Shown: one piece after another, positions 28,437 to 38,080 of the stretch
Layout: the number at the start of each line of letters is the position of its first letter
Position numbering within the stretch: position 1 is the stretch's first letter
DNA from: an uncultured Gammaproteobacteria bacterium
GTDB lineage: Bacteria; Patescibacteriota; Patescibacteriia; UBA9934; CAZDDW01
Reading direction: 5' to 3'
Assembly: GCA_964504365.1 (NCBI GenBank)
Contig: CAZDDW010000005.1
Coordinates: 1,630 to 65,629 of the forward strand
DNA: 64,000 nt
The notes under the pieces: generated by a model
What the model was told of the DNA's origin: nothing
Databases searched by the model: none
The model's input: the letters and a program-made list of their open reading frames with translations, nothing else
Translations under genes and position numbers: made by a program

Positions 28437-29999
28437 ATGTCCCGTTACATGCACATCACCATCGGTATCCTGATCACAATGAGCCTGGCCGCAACAGCCG
28501 TGGCCAAGCCGCGCATCATGCGCGCGGAAAATTTCCATCGTACCTGCGACCTCGAGTCCTTCCAGAACTACAACGACCTGCAGCTGGAAACCGAGCATTT
28601 CACTCTGGGCGCGCCGATCTGTATGGGCGAAGGCTCTGTGGCCTACGACCCGGATTATCTGAGTAGCGCCGATCGTCTGGACAGAAGGCTGCTTCACGAG
28701 GAGATTCGAGTGGTCAGCCAGGCTTACCTGGATGTACTCGAGCGCATGGTCCATGCCAACTGGGGTCGTGACGATTACGCCGACGCCTACCTGGGCTCGT
28801 CCATCCGTCAGCTACGTCTAGGCATGTGCTTTCCACACCGCACCTATGAGGTAGACGATGGCAGCGTACGCATGTGGGCTCACTTCGTGTCCGATCCGAG
28901 TGGCGCAATCAAGGGGCCGAGCTACCTCAACCTGCTTCTCGAGCGAGCGGTCGAACTGCGTGACCGTGATGCAGTCGAGGCCTTGCTCTATCTGTTCACG
29001 GTCATTCGCAAGAATGATCCCATTAGCGCAGCCAGCAACTGCGAGTACTTGCAGAACAGCCTGTTCGAGAACGAGCTGGCCGGCTACCTCTACGCCGGAG
29101 ACTTGGAGGCGGCTGATGCTTTCGTCCAGGAATTCGGTTTCCTAGCCGACTCAAGTGCCTTCTCGGTCTACGAGTTCTATAGTGATCGTGTCTGGGGTGA
29201 CCAGGTCAAGATGGTCGCCAGTGACATCTACGAGGATCACCTGCAGGCTGGTGACTATGATCTGGCCGATGCTTTGGTCAAGCACTACGGACTGGCTCCA
29301 CCACAGTGCGCCACCAGCATCCAGGAAACCATGCGCCAGCACTTCAGGCAGGCCTTCCTGGACTACGATTTGGATACTCCGGATGAGGTTCTGGAGATGA
29401 TGGCTCGTTACGACTACGACGTCAAGATGGTCGAGTGGGCTCGTGAGTGGGGCTACGCCTACGCTGGCTACGCCCTGATGGAGCCATGTTCGGAGCTCGA
29501 ACCACGTTCGGATGAGCTGGACTGCCGATGGCAGATCGAGCTGCGTCTGGATGACATGCCCATGGCCAGTAGGATCCATGTGGTCGAGGCTTCGCTCAGC
29601 TGGTACAGCGGAATTACTGTCGACGATCTGGTGTACAAGCATCAGCTGATGAAGGCCCTCAAGGTCGACATGGACCTGGTCATGCCCAAGCTGGCCGAGG
29701 AGCTCAAGGAGAATGCTCAGCTGGCTTTCGGTGATCTCCTCGATGGGATGGATCATTGGCAGTACACCACGGCCATCTACTACGCCATGGAAGAGATGGG
29801 TTACGAGCCTTTGCTCGATTACCCGAATCCGGTGTTCAGCTGCGACATTCTGCCCTACGGGAACTCGTCGCGCGAGTCCGGGATCTGGTTCCTCCAGTGC
29901 GCTGGCGGCATCGACTACGTCGAGCTCATTGCCACTGGCGAGCAGCACGGCGAGGACTACCGTCAGGCCGTAGAATCCGGTCAGACCTTCATGGACTGA
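28437..29999 (+). CDS. hypothetical secreted helical protein (orphan)
   Basis: Signal peptide (SLAATAVA), strong GC3 bias, GGAGA SD, own TTGACA promoter and terminator. Confidence 0.78.
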   Translation: MSRYMHITIGILITMSLAATAVAKPRIMRAENFHRTCDLESFQNYNDLQLETEHFTLGAPICMGEGSVAYDPDYLSSADRLDRRLLHEEIRVVSQAYLDVLERMVHANWGRDDYADAYLGSSIRQLRLGMCFPHRTYEVDDGSVRMWAHFVSDPSGAIKGPSYLNLLLERAVELRDRDAVEALLYLFTVIRKNDPISAASNCEYLQNSLFENELAGYLYAGDLEAADAFVQEFGFLADSSAFSVYEFYSDRVWGDQVKMVASDIYEDHLQAGDYDLADALVKHYGLAPPQCATSIQETMRQHFRQAFLDYDLDTPDEVLEMMARYDYDVKMVEWAREWGYAYAGYALMEPCSELEPRSDELDCRWQIELRLDDMPMASRIHVVEASLSWYSGITVDDLVYKHQLMKALKVDMDLVMPKLAEELKENAQLAFGDLLDGMDHWQYTTAIYYAMEEMGYEPLLDYPNPVFSCDILPYGNSSRESGIWFLQCAGGIDYVELIATGEQHGEDYRQAVESGQTFMD

Positions 30000-30095
30000 C
30001 AACTACACGCGAGCGACTTGCGTTCGAGCATCTGAAAAGGTGCTCTTTTTCTTTTTAAGCTCAGGTTTGGCTTATTCGTCTGGCTCTGATAAAAT

Positions 30096-31715
30096 ATGGC
30101 CGATATGTCAGAAACACTTTATCGCAAATATCGACCAACCAGGTTTAAGGACGTGGTTGGACAGGAGCATGTAGTGACAACCCTGGGCAATCAGCTCAAG
30201 AATGGGTCAGTTGCTCATGCTTATTTGTTTACTGGACCGCGGGGAGTGGGGAAGACCACACTCGCTCGTTTGTTGGCTAAGGCTGTTAACTGTGAGAAGC
30301 GTGGAGAAGACCATGAGCCGTGTAATAAGTGTGATGCTTGTAATGAGGTTAATCTTGGTAACTCGCTTGATGTCTATGAAATCGACGCCGCCTCGCACAC
30401 CGGAGTTGATAATGTGCGTGAGAATATTATCGAATCAGTCCGATTTGCTCCGAACCAACGTAAGTTCAAGGTGTATGTGATCGACGAGGTGCACATGCTT
30501 TCAACATCTGCTTTTAATGCGTTGTTGAAAACATTGGAAGAGCCACCAGCACACGCTTTGTTTATTTTGGCTACGACCGAGATTCATAAGGTTCCTGAGA
30601 CTATCATTTCTCGCTGTCAGCGATTTGATTTCAAAAGAATTCGAACACCAGAATTGATTAAGCGTCTTAAAGGGCTGATTAAGAAAGAAGAGGTTGAAGT
30701 TGATGAAGCAGTCTTGTCAGAGGTGGCGCGACATTCTGAAGGATGCTTGCGCGATGCTGAGAGTATGATGGGGCAGATTCTGGCAATCGGAGAAAAGAGG
30801 ATTGGGATTGATGAGGCCTCATTAGTTTTGCCAACAACAAATATAAATTTTGTGATTGATTTTGTTGATGCGGTTGGCCGGTCTGATGCATCTGAGGCTG
30901 TGCGAATGATCAATAAATTTGTGGATGAAGGGGTGGATCTGGGGCATTTCGCAGAAGATACTGTATCGGTGCTGCGTTCAATGTTATTTGCAAGTCTTGG
31001 TGGGCTGGATCAGTTCCATCAGGAATATGATGCTGATATTACCAAACGGCTTGAGCAAAGCTTAAAGAATTTTACTAGTCAGAAGTTGTCTGAGGCGATC
31101 AACCTCCTCCTTGACGCCAGACGAGGGCTGCGGCTAGAAAAAATTCCTCAGCTCCCACTCGAGCTCGCGGTTGTAGAGTTGACCAAGCAACCAGTCAACC
31201 AGAAAACCAGTCAACCAGAAAACCAAATAACCGCAGAACCTGCGGAAGAGAAGGGGCCCCCACTCCCAAAAGTGCAGGCTAAGGAGGAAGTTCTTGAGGT
31301 TGAGGAGGTTTCGAGTGTTTCGAAGGTTGCGAGTGTTGCTGAGGTTCCAGAGACCCTCGAAACTCCCGACACTCCCGAAACCCTCAGTACCCCCGCAACC
31401 CACGTAACCCTCGACACTATCAAAACTCGCTGGAACGAAGTGTTTGAACTGATCGCGCAGAGCAACGGCTCGTTACCACTGATTCTGCAGTCAACAGAGA
31501 TCCTGTCTTTTGAAGGCGGAACACTTGAACTAGGTTTCCAGTTTGCTTTTCATGCAGACATGATCAATGATCAAAAAAATAACGTTAAGATCACAGAGGT
31601 AATAAGTGAAGTGTTTGGATCAAAGATATTGATCAAGGCCGTGCATCGTGCAAGTGCCAAAGACGAGGTGGTTGCAGATTTAGTGGCTGAGTTTGGGGGA
31701 AAGGTTGTTGGATAA
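30096..31715 (+). CDS. dnaX: DNA polymerase III subunit gamma/tau
   Basis: LYRKYRP, GPRGVGKTT, EIDAAS, IDEVHML, SRCQRF. Confidence 0.96.
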   Translation: MADMSETLYRKYRPTRFKDVVGQEHVVTTLGNQLKNGSVAHAYLFTGPRGVGKTTLARLLAKAVNCEKRGEDHEPCNKCDACNEVNLGNSLDVYEIDAASHTGVDNVRENIIESVRFAPNQRKFKVYVIDEVHMLSTSAFNALLKTLEEPPAHALFILATTEIHKVPETIISRCQRFDFKRIRTPELIKRLKGLIKKEEVEVDEAVLSEVARHSEGCLRDAESMMGQILAIGEKRIGIDEASLVLPTTNINFVIDFVDAVGRSDASEAVRMINKFVDEGVDLGHFAEDTVSVLRSMLFASLGGLDQFHQEYDADITKRLEQSLKNFTSQKLSEAINLLLDARRGLRLEKIPQLPLELAVVELTKQPVNQKTSQPENQITAEPAEEKGPPLPKVQAKEEVLEVEEVSSVSKVASVAEVPETLETPDTPETLSTPATHVTLDTIKTRWNEVFELIAQSNGSLPLILQSTEILSFEGGTLELGFQFAFHADMINDQKNNVKITEVISEVFGSKILIKAVHRASAKDEVVADLVAEFGGKVVG

Positions 31716-31818
31716 CAGGATCAACAGGCGTAAGCCTGTCTTTTGTTTGCCCGGCCACAGGGAGCCTCCCCGTACCAGACGCCCCGCGTCGGTACGGGGC
31801 AGGCAGGGTTTGTTGTTT

Positions 31819-31928
31819 CCCCCTCCTTTCGAAGGAGGGGGCTAGGGGGTGGTTCTGGTTATAAAATAGTCTCAGTACGATTGTACCCAGAACCCCCTCC
31901 TAACCTCCCCCTTAGAAAAGGGGGAGGG
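31819..31928. repeat. REP-like double-hairpin element (same family as 1-92)
   Basis: cccctccttt-cg-aaggagggg...ggttctgg/ccagaacc...ccccctt-agaa-aaggggg. Confidence 0.75.
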
Positions 31929-31979
31929 AACAAAAGGTTTTCCTAATAAAAAATCCCCGATTATGATCGGGGGGGGGTG

Positions 31980-32267
31980 CTATACGCGCTCGACCCAGTT
32001 GTACTTGTGCCACAGGTCTCCTGCAAATGGGATCAGTCCAAGCTTCTGAAAGCTGTAGAAACCTGGAAATTCAGCAAATCGTATCTGCTGATCTTGTTCA
32101 CTGATTTCAGCAATCGTAACTGTGTTTACACGGATTTCTTTCAGCCTGAAGATGTAAACATGGATCCTAACCCGCTGCCCAACAGTGAGTCCTTCCGGGC
32201 TCATTATTTGTTTTGGTCCTCGTGGCAGTCGTTTTCGAGACTGAAGTGCGTCTCTACGAAAGTGCAT
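31980..32267 (-). CDS. small hypothetical protein
   Basis: 95 aa, AAGGAGG SD, terminator-like hairpin downstream. Confidence 0.55.
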   Translation of the reverse strand: MHFRRDALQSRKRLPRGPKQIMSPEGLTVGQRVRIHVYIFRLKEIRVNTVTIAEISEQDQQIRFAEFPGFYSFQKLGLIPFAGDLWHKYNWVERV

Positions 32268-32275
32268 TTGCCTCC

Positions 32276-33067
32276 TTAATCGTTGTGTATCTTATGTAAC
32301 ACTATTCCTGCGCTAATTGCAACATTTAGAGATTCCATGTTATTTGACATCTTGATCCTAATAAATTCATCACTTAAAGCTCGAACATCTTCACTTATTC
32401 CATGAGCTTCGTTTCCAAAAACAATACAAAAGGTTTCTTTTTCAGCAAGCTGATTTAGTTTGGGTGATCCATCAAGCGCGGTTGAAATAATTGGTATTTG
32501 TTTTTTGATTTGTTTTAGGATTGTTCGATCATGGTCATCTTGCTGAATATCAAGACTGAAAATTGCACCGCGTGCAGCTTGAACTACTTTTGGATTGTAA
32601 ATATCAACGCATTCTGCGTCGACTATGACCGTAGTTATGTTAAAAGCAAGCGCGGTACGAAGGATTGTGCCTAAGTTGCCAGGGTCAGAGATTGCGTTGA
32701 GATAGACGATGGGGTTGTCTGGTTTTCTGGTTTTCTGGTTTTCTGGTTGTTTGACTGAGTAAACTGCTGCAATTCCTGCTGGCGTATCAAGTTCAGAAAA
32801 GGCTTTGTTTACTTTTTCGTCGATCAAGTAAAATTCATCTAGCCCGCAGTCCTTTTCAATCTCAGTCCAGCGATCCACATCCTGGTCAATAAATTCTTGA
32901 GTTACAAAAAGGGAAGTTGGCTTAGAGCCGCTTTTTAGGGAATCAAGAAGAATAATCACGTTTTCAACCAGAAACTCACCAAACTCTTGGCGGTACTTTT
33001 TCATTGATAACTTTTTCAGTTTCTTGATTTTCTCGTTATCTTTGCTGGTGATTTCATTTACTTTCAT
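32276..33067 (-). CDS. TrmH/SpoU-family RNA methyltransferase
   Basis: ISDPGNLGTILRTA, FGNEAHG, ESLNVAISAG. Confidence 0.92.
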   Translation of the reverse strand: MKVNEITSKDNEKIKKLKKLSMKKYRQEFGEFLVENVIILLDSLKSGSKPTSLFVTQEFIDQDVDRWTEIEKDCGLDEFYLIDEKVNKAFSELDTPAGIAAVYSVKQPENQKTRKPDNPIVYLNAISDPGNLGTILRTALAFNITTVIVDAECVDIYNPKVVQAARGAIFSLDIQQDDHDRTILKQIKKQIPIISTALDGSPKLNQLAEKETFCIVFGNEAHGISEDVRALSDEFIRIKMSNNMESLNVAISAGIVLHKIHND

Positions 33068-33335
33068 ATTTTGACAGAAATTGTTTAGTTGCTTTTAAAG
33101 CCTTGGAATATACACTAATTTTTTGAATCGAGCAAGTGCCCCGGACCACTAGTTGCAGGCCACCGCTACGCTCCTTGACTCGAACCGATTGCTTAGCATT
33201 GCGCACTTGCTGGATTATACCGAGCGAAATCTTAGTTACTTCATCACGCCGCATAAGCTCTCGCACAATCGGCAAAGCAGGCTCAATCACACTTGAGTGC
33301 TTGCTTATCTTTTTGCCTGCAATATGTTTGGCCAT
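33054..33335 (-). CDS. small basic protein, DUF2103-like
   Basis: KISKHSSVI..VTKISLGII..GGLQLVVRG..IQ. Confidence 0.65.
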   Translation of the reverse strand: MAKHIAGKKISKHSSVIEPALPIVRELMRRDEVTKISLGIIQQVRNAKQSVRVKERSGGLQLVVRGTCSIQKISVYSKALKATKQFLSKYESK

Positions 33336-33472
33336 ATGTAAAGATGATATCATAACAAGCTTAAATTATAACATTTCGTAACCGGTCGGTTATGAAATGT
33401 TATGTGAGCTTGAGTCAAGTATTGATATTTTTTGTTAAATAAGTTATACTCTCGGCGATAAATAAAATTTAT

Positions 33473-33546
33473 TCCGGGATCGTCTAATGGCAGGACACGT
33501 GGTTCTGGTCCACGGTATCGGGGTTCGAATCCCTGTCCCGGAGCCA
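33473..33546 (+). tRNA. tRNA-Gln (anticodon CTG)
   Basis: Acceptor tccggga/tcccgga, anticodon arm cgtgg-ttCTGgt-ccacg, GGTTCGAATCC, CCA. Confidence 0.95.
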
Positions 33547-33588
33547 AGGAAAACTGCTCAGCTTTTGCTGAACGGTTTTTCTTTTCTG

Positions 33589-33718
33589 TCTGGACCATGG
33601 GTTGAGAACCTCGCTGGTTCGCCCGGCGAGGATAGCGAGAAGAAAGTTTAAGCTCATTTAAACTTTCTCGAGCGACACAGCCGGTCCTTGGCCGTAGGCC
33701 AAAAATCCCTGTCCCGGA
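33589..33718 (+). repeat. tRNA-linked structured element ending in a 15-bp duplicate of the tRNA-Gln 3' end
   Basis: aatccctgtcccgga repeated at 33704-33718; motifs shared with 2368-2500. Confidence 0.75.
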
Positions 33719-33787
33719 ATCAAAAGGGCCGCACTTTAAAAAGTGTGGCTTTTTTGTTATGATAAGCAGAGAAAATAATATATTTTT

Positions 33788-35281
33788 ATGGTCAGAAAAA
33801 GAAAGTTGGCGATACTGGTCGCCATAATCGCTGCTCTTGTAGTTGGGATAGCAGTAATAATATTTTTAATCACAGATGGGGGCGAGGAAACCGGAGGGGT
33901 TGATTGTGATATCAATCAGGATGGGCAAGTTGATGAGCGTGAAAGTCGATTGTGCTTTGAGGATGATATTTTAGGTATTGATCAAAGCGATGGTCGTGTA
34001 GAGGAAGAAGGAACGATTGATTTGCGTTTGCCGTCAGCAGGAGCCGATGGTGGAACTTTGGCCGTTCGGCTGTATATTCCAGATGAGCCGCGGTATGAGG
34101 AAGGGGCACCGGTGATTATTTGGGTACCTGGAGGGTATGAAATGAAAGGGATTAATCATGATTTGCCAAAGACTGCTGATGATGTCATTGTGGCCACGTT
34201 TATCTTTCCTGGTGTGACTGATGAATGGTCAGGCTTTTATTCAGATGGTGAATACGATTGGCGCGGAGAGGATTGTATTCGTGCTATGGCTGATGTGATC
34301 CTATTTGCTGCTGGCCAGCTTGAAGATTCAGAAGGGAATACTATCGATGATTTGTCACCGGTACCAGTGATCCATGACAACATTGGAGCGATTGGTGCAT
34401 CAAACGGCGGTAACTTGCCTGTGGCTGCAGCTGCTTTACATGGACATGAATTCGCAGACTATTTTCGCTATATTATTCAATGGGAAACGCCAGTTTCCTC
34501 TCAGGTGGCCAACCGGGACTTCGGTCGGGTTTGGGTAAAAGAAGGCGGTCCAAAGAACGATTATTTTAATTTGCGCTACGCTGGGTATGGTGACTATGAA
34601 TTCGCCAGCGACTATTCAGATTTAACTTACGATCCAAATCAGGAGTATCATCCAATTTTTCACGATGGTGACGGCGACGGAGTTTACACAACTACACCAG
34701 ACTATTTTGGAACATCGATCAGCGGTCCTGATGTGGATTCTGATGGCATGTTGTCACTTGATGAAGATTTTCCTTTGGATGGATATCAGGGCGGGGAAGA
34801 TGGAGATGTTTGGTTTTTCTCACGTCCGGTAACCCATGCCATGGCTGATAATAATATTTTTGCTGATTATGGATGGCCAGATGATGTTGCTACTCCAAGC
34901 CAAGCCGATGCCTATTGGGATGTTCGTGAATCGGTTTATCTTTACGAAGATGCGTTAGATAATATTCCAGATCTTGAGGCCATGGTTCTGGCCGGGGTTG
35001 TTGATCACGTGCAGACCAACTCAGAAAAGCCGCACATTCGCCAAGCACTTGAGGGGTGGCTTGATAATGGTGTGTCTTGGGTGCAACTGAACCCAAGTCC
35101 GGAATACATGGTTGAGGCATATCCTGGATATCGGCGTCGTGATGATTTGCCAGATAATGTTCCAAACAAGGCTCCAAAAGATTGGGTCGATATCGAAGCT
35201 TACTCTATACCAGAAGATATAGAAGAGCCTGCTTATCAACTCGGTGCTGTTTATCAAATGATGGATCGCGCACAAAATTAA
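33788..35281 (+). CDS. membrane-anchored alpha/beta-hydrolase-like protein
   Basis: N-terminal TM, PVIIWVPGG, GASNGG nucleophile elbow, DxDxDG motifs. Confidence 0.7.
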   Translation: MVRKRKLAILVAIIAALVVGIAVIIFLITDGGEETGGVDCDINQDGQVDERESRLCFEDDILGIDQSDGRVEEEGTIDLRLPSAGADGGTLAVRLYIPDEPRYEEGAPVIIWVPGGYEMKGINHDLPKTADDVIVATFIFPGVTDEWSGFYSDGEYDWRGEDCIRAMADVILFAAGQLEDSEGNTIDDLSPVPVIHDNIGAIGASNGGNLPVAAAALHGHEFADYFRYIIQWETPVSSQVANRDFGRVWVKEGGPKNDYFNLRYAGYGDYEFASDYSDLTYDPNQEYHPIFHDGDGDGVYTTTPDYFGTSISGPDVDSDGMLSLDEDFPLDGYQGGEDGDVWFFSRPVTHAMADNNIFADYGWPDDVATPSQADAYWDVRESVYLYEDALDNIPDLEAMVLAGVVDHVQTNSEKPHIRQALEGWLDNGVSWVQLNPSPEYMVEAYPGYRRRDDLPDNVPNKAPKDWVDIEAYSIPEDIEEPAYQLGAVYQMMDRAQN

Positions 35282-35282
35282 T

Positions 35283-36653
35283 ATGAAACCAAGAAATCAA
35301 AAATTACTTTTATTCTTTGTTCTTCCAGCTGTTATTCTGATTGCGGCTGTGTTGATTGTCTGGCTTCTGCTTCCAGATGCTGTTGAAACACCACCTGAAC
35401 AAACTTATGGCCCAGGTGAAGAATTTGTTACGCATGTTAATTCAAAAGGTATTGGCGAGGTTGCTATTTTGGTCAGTATTCCCGAAGTACCACGCTATCC
35501 AGAAGGCGCACCAATTATTTTTGATGTCTCAACCTGGTTTGCTGGGTTAGTTGGTTTTCATGACAAATTTGATGCCACAGCCATTGGTGCAATCAATATC
35601 AATCATCTTTGGCCTGGTAATTGTGATCACATTCATGATATTTGCTCTGATGGTGAAAACGATTATGGTGGACCTGATTCTATGACTTCGTTGCGTGATG
35701 CAATCCGTTTTGCTGTTGGTCAGATTCCAAACGTTGATGGCTACTATATTGATGATCTACTTGAAGTAACTCCGTTGCTGGATAATGTTGGACTCTACGC
35801 TTCTTCACACTCTGGTGTTGTGGCCACCAATGTAATAGCGTACTATGGCGACGAATTTCCAGAGGTTAGGTATTTTATCGGGCGAGAGAACCCGACCTTG
35901 CCAGAAATGTATCCGCTAGAAATTGGGCACTGGGGTGAAAGACGTCAGCCGATTTATAATCCATTTTATAATGCAGATGGCTATGCTCGTGATTCGATCG
36001 ATGTTGATTATTCAACGGTTGGTTGGATTAAGAATTCAGAATATCCAGAGGGTAGGCCATATCACAAGGTTGAAGGTGGTCAGGATTATGTTCTTGATGA
36101 TAAAGGTCCGAACATGTGGGGTAAGCGCTACTTTTCAATTAATCTGACACAGGCAATTTGGGATAACGAAGGTTTTACAAAAGCAACCTGGCCAGAAGAT
36201 GTGGCAACACCTGATGAAGTGAAGGATGTTTGGCCATATCGAACAGCAGCAACTAATTATCCATTGCTTGTCGATACTTTGCCGGACGACTTCAAAGTCA
36301 TGCTTGTTTTTTCTTTTGATGATCATGTACAAACCGCTCTAGATAGACCACATATTCGGCAGGCCTATGATGGGTTTTCTAAGACCGCTGGTGTAGATTG
36401 GGTTCGTTTGAATCCTGATTTAGAATATGCACAGCAGCTTGATCCTGGTTTCAGATCAGCACAATTTTCTGATAATGCAGCTAATACTGAACCAGATGAC
36501 TGGGGTGATTCAAAGGGTTGGGGTCATCCGTATTCAGGAGACACAATAGAGCCAATGTCACAAGCTAGTATGGCAGAGATGTGTGACCGCGTGCAATTTG
36601 ATAATTGGTCGGATAATTTAGATAGTGTTTTATACGAATACCAAGTACAATAG
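35283..36653 (+). CDS. paralogous membrane-anchored alpha/beta-hydrolase-like protein
   Basis: Shares PRYxEGAP, WPxDVATP, DHVQT..PHIRQA, WVxLNP with the upstream gene; ASSHSG. Confidence 0.7.
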   Translation: MKPRNQKLLLFFVLPAVILIAAVLIVWLLLPDAVETPPEQTYGPGEEFVTHVNSKGIGEVAILVSIPEVPRYPEGAPIIFDVSTWFAGLVGFHDKFDATAIGAININHLWPGNCDHIHDICSDGENDYGGPDSMTSLRDAIRFAVGQIPNVDGYYIDDLLEVTPLLDNVGLYASSHSGVVATNVIAYYGDEFPEVRYFIGRENPTLPEMYPLEIGHWGERRQPIYNPFYNADGYARDSIDVDYSTVGWIKNSEYPEGRPYHKVEGGQDYVLDDKGPNMWGKRYFSINLTQAIWDNEGFTKATWPEDVATPDEVKDVWPYRTAATNYPLLVDTLPDDFKVMLVFSFDDHVQTALDRPHIRQAYDGFSKTAGVDWVRLNPDLEYAQQLDPGFRSAQFSDNAANTEPDDWGDSKGWGHPYSGDTIEPMSQASMAEMCDRVQFDNWSDNLDSVLYEYQVQ

Positions 36654-36659
36654 AAAAGT

Positions 36660-38006
36660 ATGCCAAAGAAAACTAAACACAAAGATCATAAATCCAAAGC
36701 ATGGAATGTGACCGTTAACATGGGTTACGGACACATGCGAGCCTCTTATCCATTGTTGGATATGTCAAACGGCGAAGGTTATATTATTGCCAATGATTAC
36801 CCTGGGATTCCAAAAGAGGATCGTAGGATTTGGAAGAATACTAGAAAACTATATGAGACCTTGTCGCGCATGAAGCAACTGCCAGTTGTTGGAGACGAGA
36901 TTTTTGAACTTTTAGATCGCTGGCAAGAGATTCCGTCGTTTTATCCAAAGCGTGATCTATCAGCATCAAATATTCAGGTCCGTCAAACCTACAAGTTGTT
37001 TAAGAAAGGATTCTGCCGTCACTTGGTTCACAAGCTCGAAGAAGACGCATTGCCAATGGTGAATACTTTTTTCATCCCTGCTCTAGCAGCTGATTTTTAT
37101 GGTTACAAAAAAGATATCTATGCCATTATCACAGACACGGATTTCAGTCGTTCCTGGGTGCCATTAGAACCAAAGAAAACCAAGATCAAATATTTTGCGC
37201 CATCTAAGAGGGCACATGAGCGCTTAAAGTTGTACGGAGTGCCAGAGCGTAATATTTACATGACAGGCTTTCCTTTGCCTGAGGAAAATGTTGGTTTGAA
37301 ATATGAGAATATCAAACCAGCACTTGGTGGGCGTTTGATAAATTTGGATCCAGATGGAAATTTCATGCGGCACTACAGTGAGTCGGTCCATGATTTGCTT
37401 GGTGGTAGTTTGAAAAAGAAACCAGTGCATCCGTTTACGATTATGTTTGCTGTTGGTGGAGCCGGTGCTCAACGAGAAATGGTTGGGCAGATGTTAGGGG
37501 CTCTGAAAACGCGACTACGACAAGGTAAAATGAAACTAATTTTGGTTGCTGGAAGTCGTAAGGATGTGTTGACTCATTTTGAAAAAACAATCAAGCGCAA
37601 TGGGCTTGATCGACAAGTAGGTAAGGGGATTGAGATAATTTATGAGGCGGATCGCAACGATTACTTCAAAAAGTTCAACCAGGCCTTGATGAAAACCGAT
37701 GTGCTTTGGACCAAGCCAAGTGAATTGTCGTTCTATGTTGGATTGGGTGTGCCAATTATCATGGCACCGCCGATTGGTTCGCAAGAAGAGTTTAATGAGA
37801 ATTGGTTGCGTAATGTTGGGGCTGGTATTCCGCAGCGTGATCCGCGATTTTGTGACCAGTGGCTTGATGATCTGTTGCGTAGCGGTTGGCTTGCTCGCGC
37901 AGCAGTTAATGGATTCACAAACGCGCCTAAGCGCGGCGCGTATCGGATTAAAGAAATTGTTGCTCATCGCAAGCAGGTTATGCCTGAGCCGGTTGAGCCG
38001 GTGTAG
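36660..38006 (+). CDS. GT-B glycosyltransferase-like protein (MGDG synthase/MurG-like)
   Basis: MGYGHMRA, IITD, TGFP, DVLWTKPSE, PIGSQEEFN. Confidence 0.7.
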   Translation: MPKKTKHKDHKSKAWNVTVNMGYGHMRASYPLLDMSNGEGYIIANDYPGIPKEDRRIWKNTRKLYETLSRMKQLPVVGDEIFELLDRWQEIPSFYPKRDLSASNIQVRQTYKLFKKGFCRHLVHKLEEDALPMVNTFFIPALAADFYGYKKDIYAIITDTDFSRSWVPLEPKKTKIKYFAPSKRAHERLKLYGVPERNIYMTGFPLPEENVGLKYENIKPALGGRLINLDPDGNFMRHYSESVHDLLGGSLKKKPVHPFTIMFAVGGAGAQREMVGQMLGALKTRLRQGKMKLILVAGSRKDVLTHFEKTIKRNGLDRQVGKGIEIIYEADRNDYFKKFNQALMKTDVLWTKPSELSFYVGLGVPIIMAPPIGSQEEFNENWLRNVGAGIPQRDPRFCDQWLDDLLRSGWLARAAVNGFTNAPKRGAYRIKEIVAHRKQVMPEPVEPV

Positions 38007-38080
38007 GAGTAGAGAGTAGAAGGTAGACAGTAGAGAGGAAGTAAATTTGTTTCTTTCTACTTTCAACTCTCTACTTTCTA
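38007..38080. repeat. inverted GTAGAAA 7-mer array
   Basis: Same unit as 10900-10969; supplies the rimK stop codon. Confidence 0.75.

Noticed and set aside
29151-30002. Long antisense ORFs (also 19445-20173, 20898-21728, 58594-59550)
   Set aside because: Shadows of GC3-biased genes on the other strand; no SD or promoter
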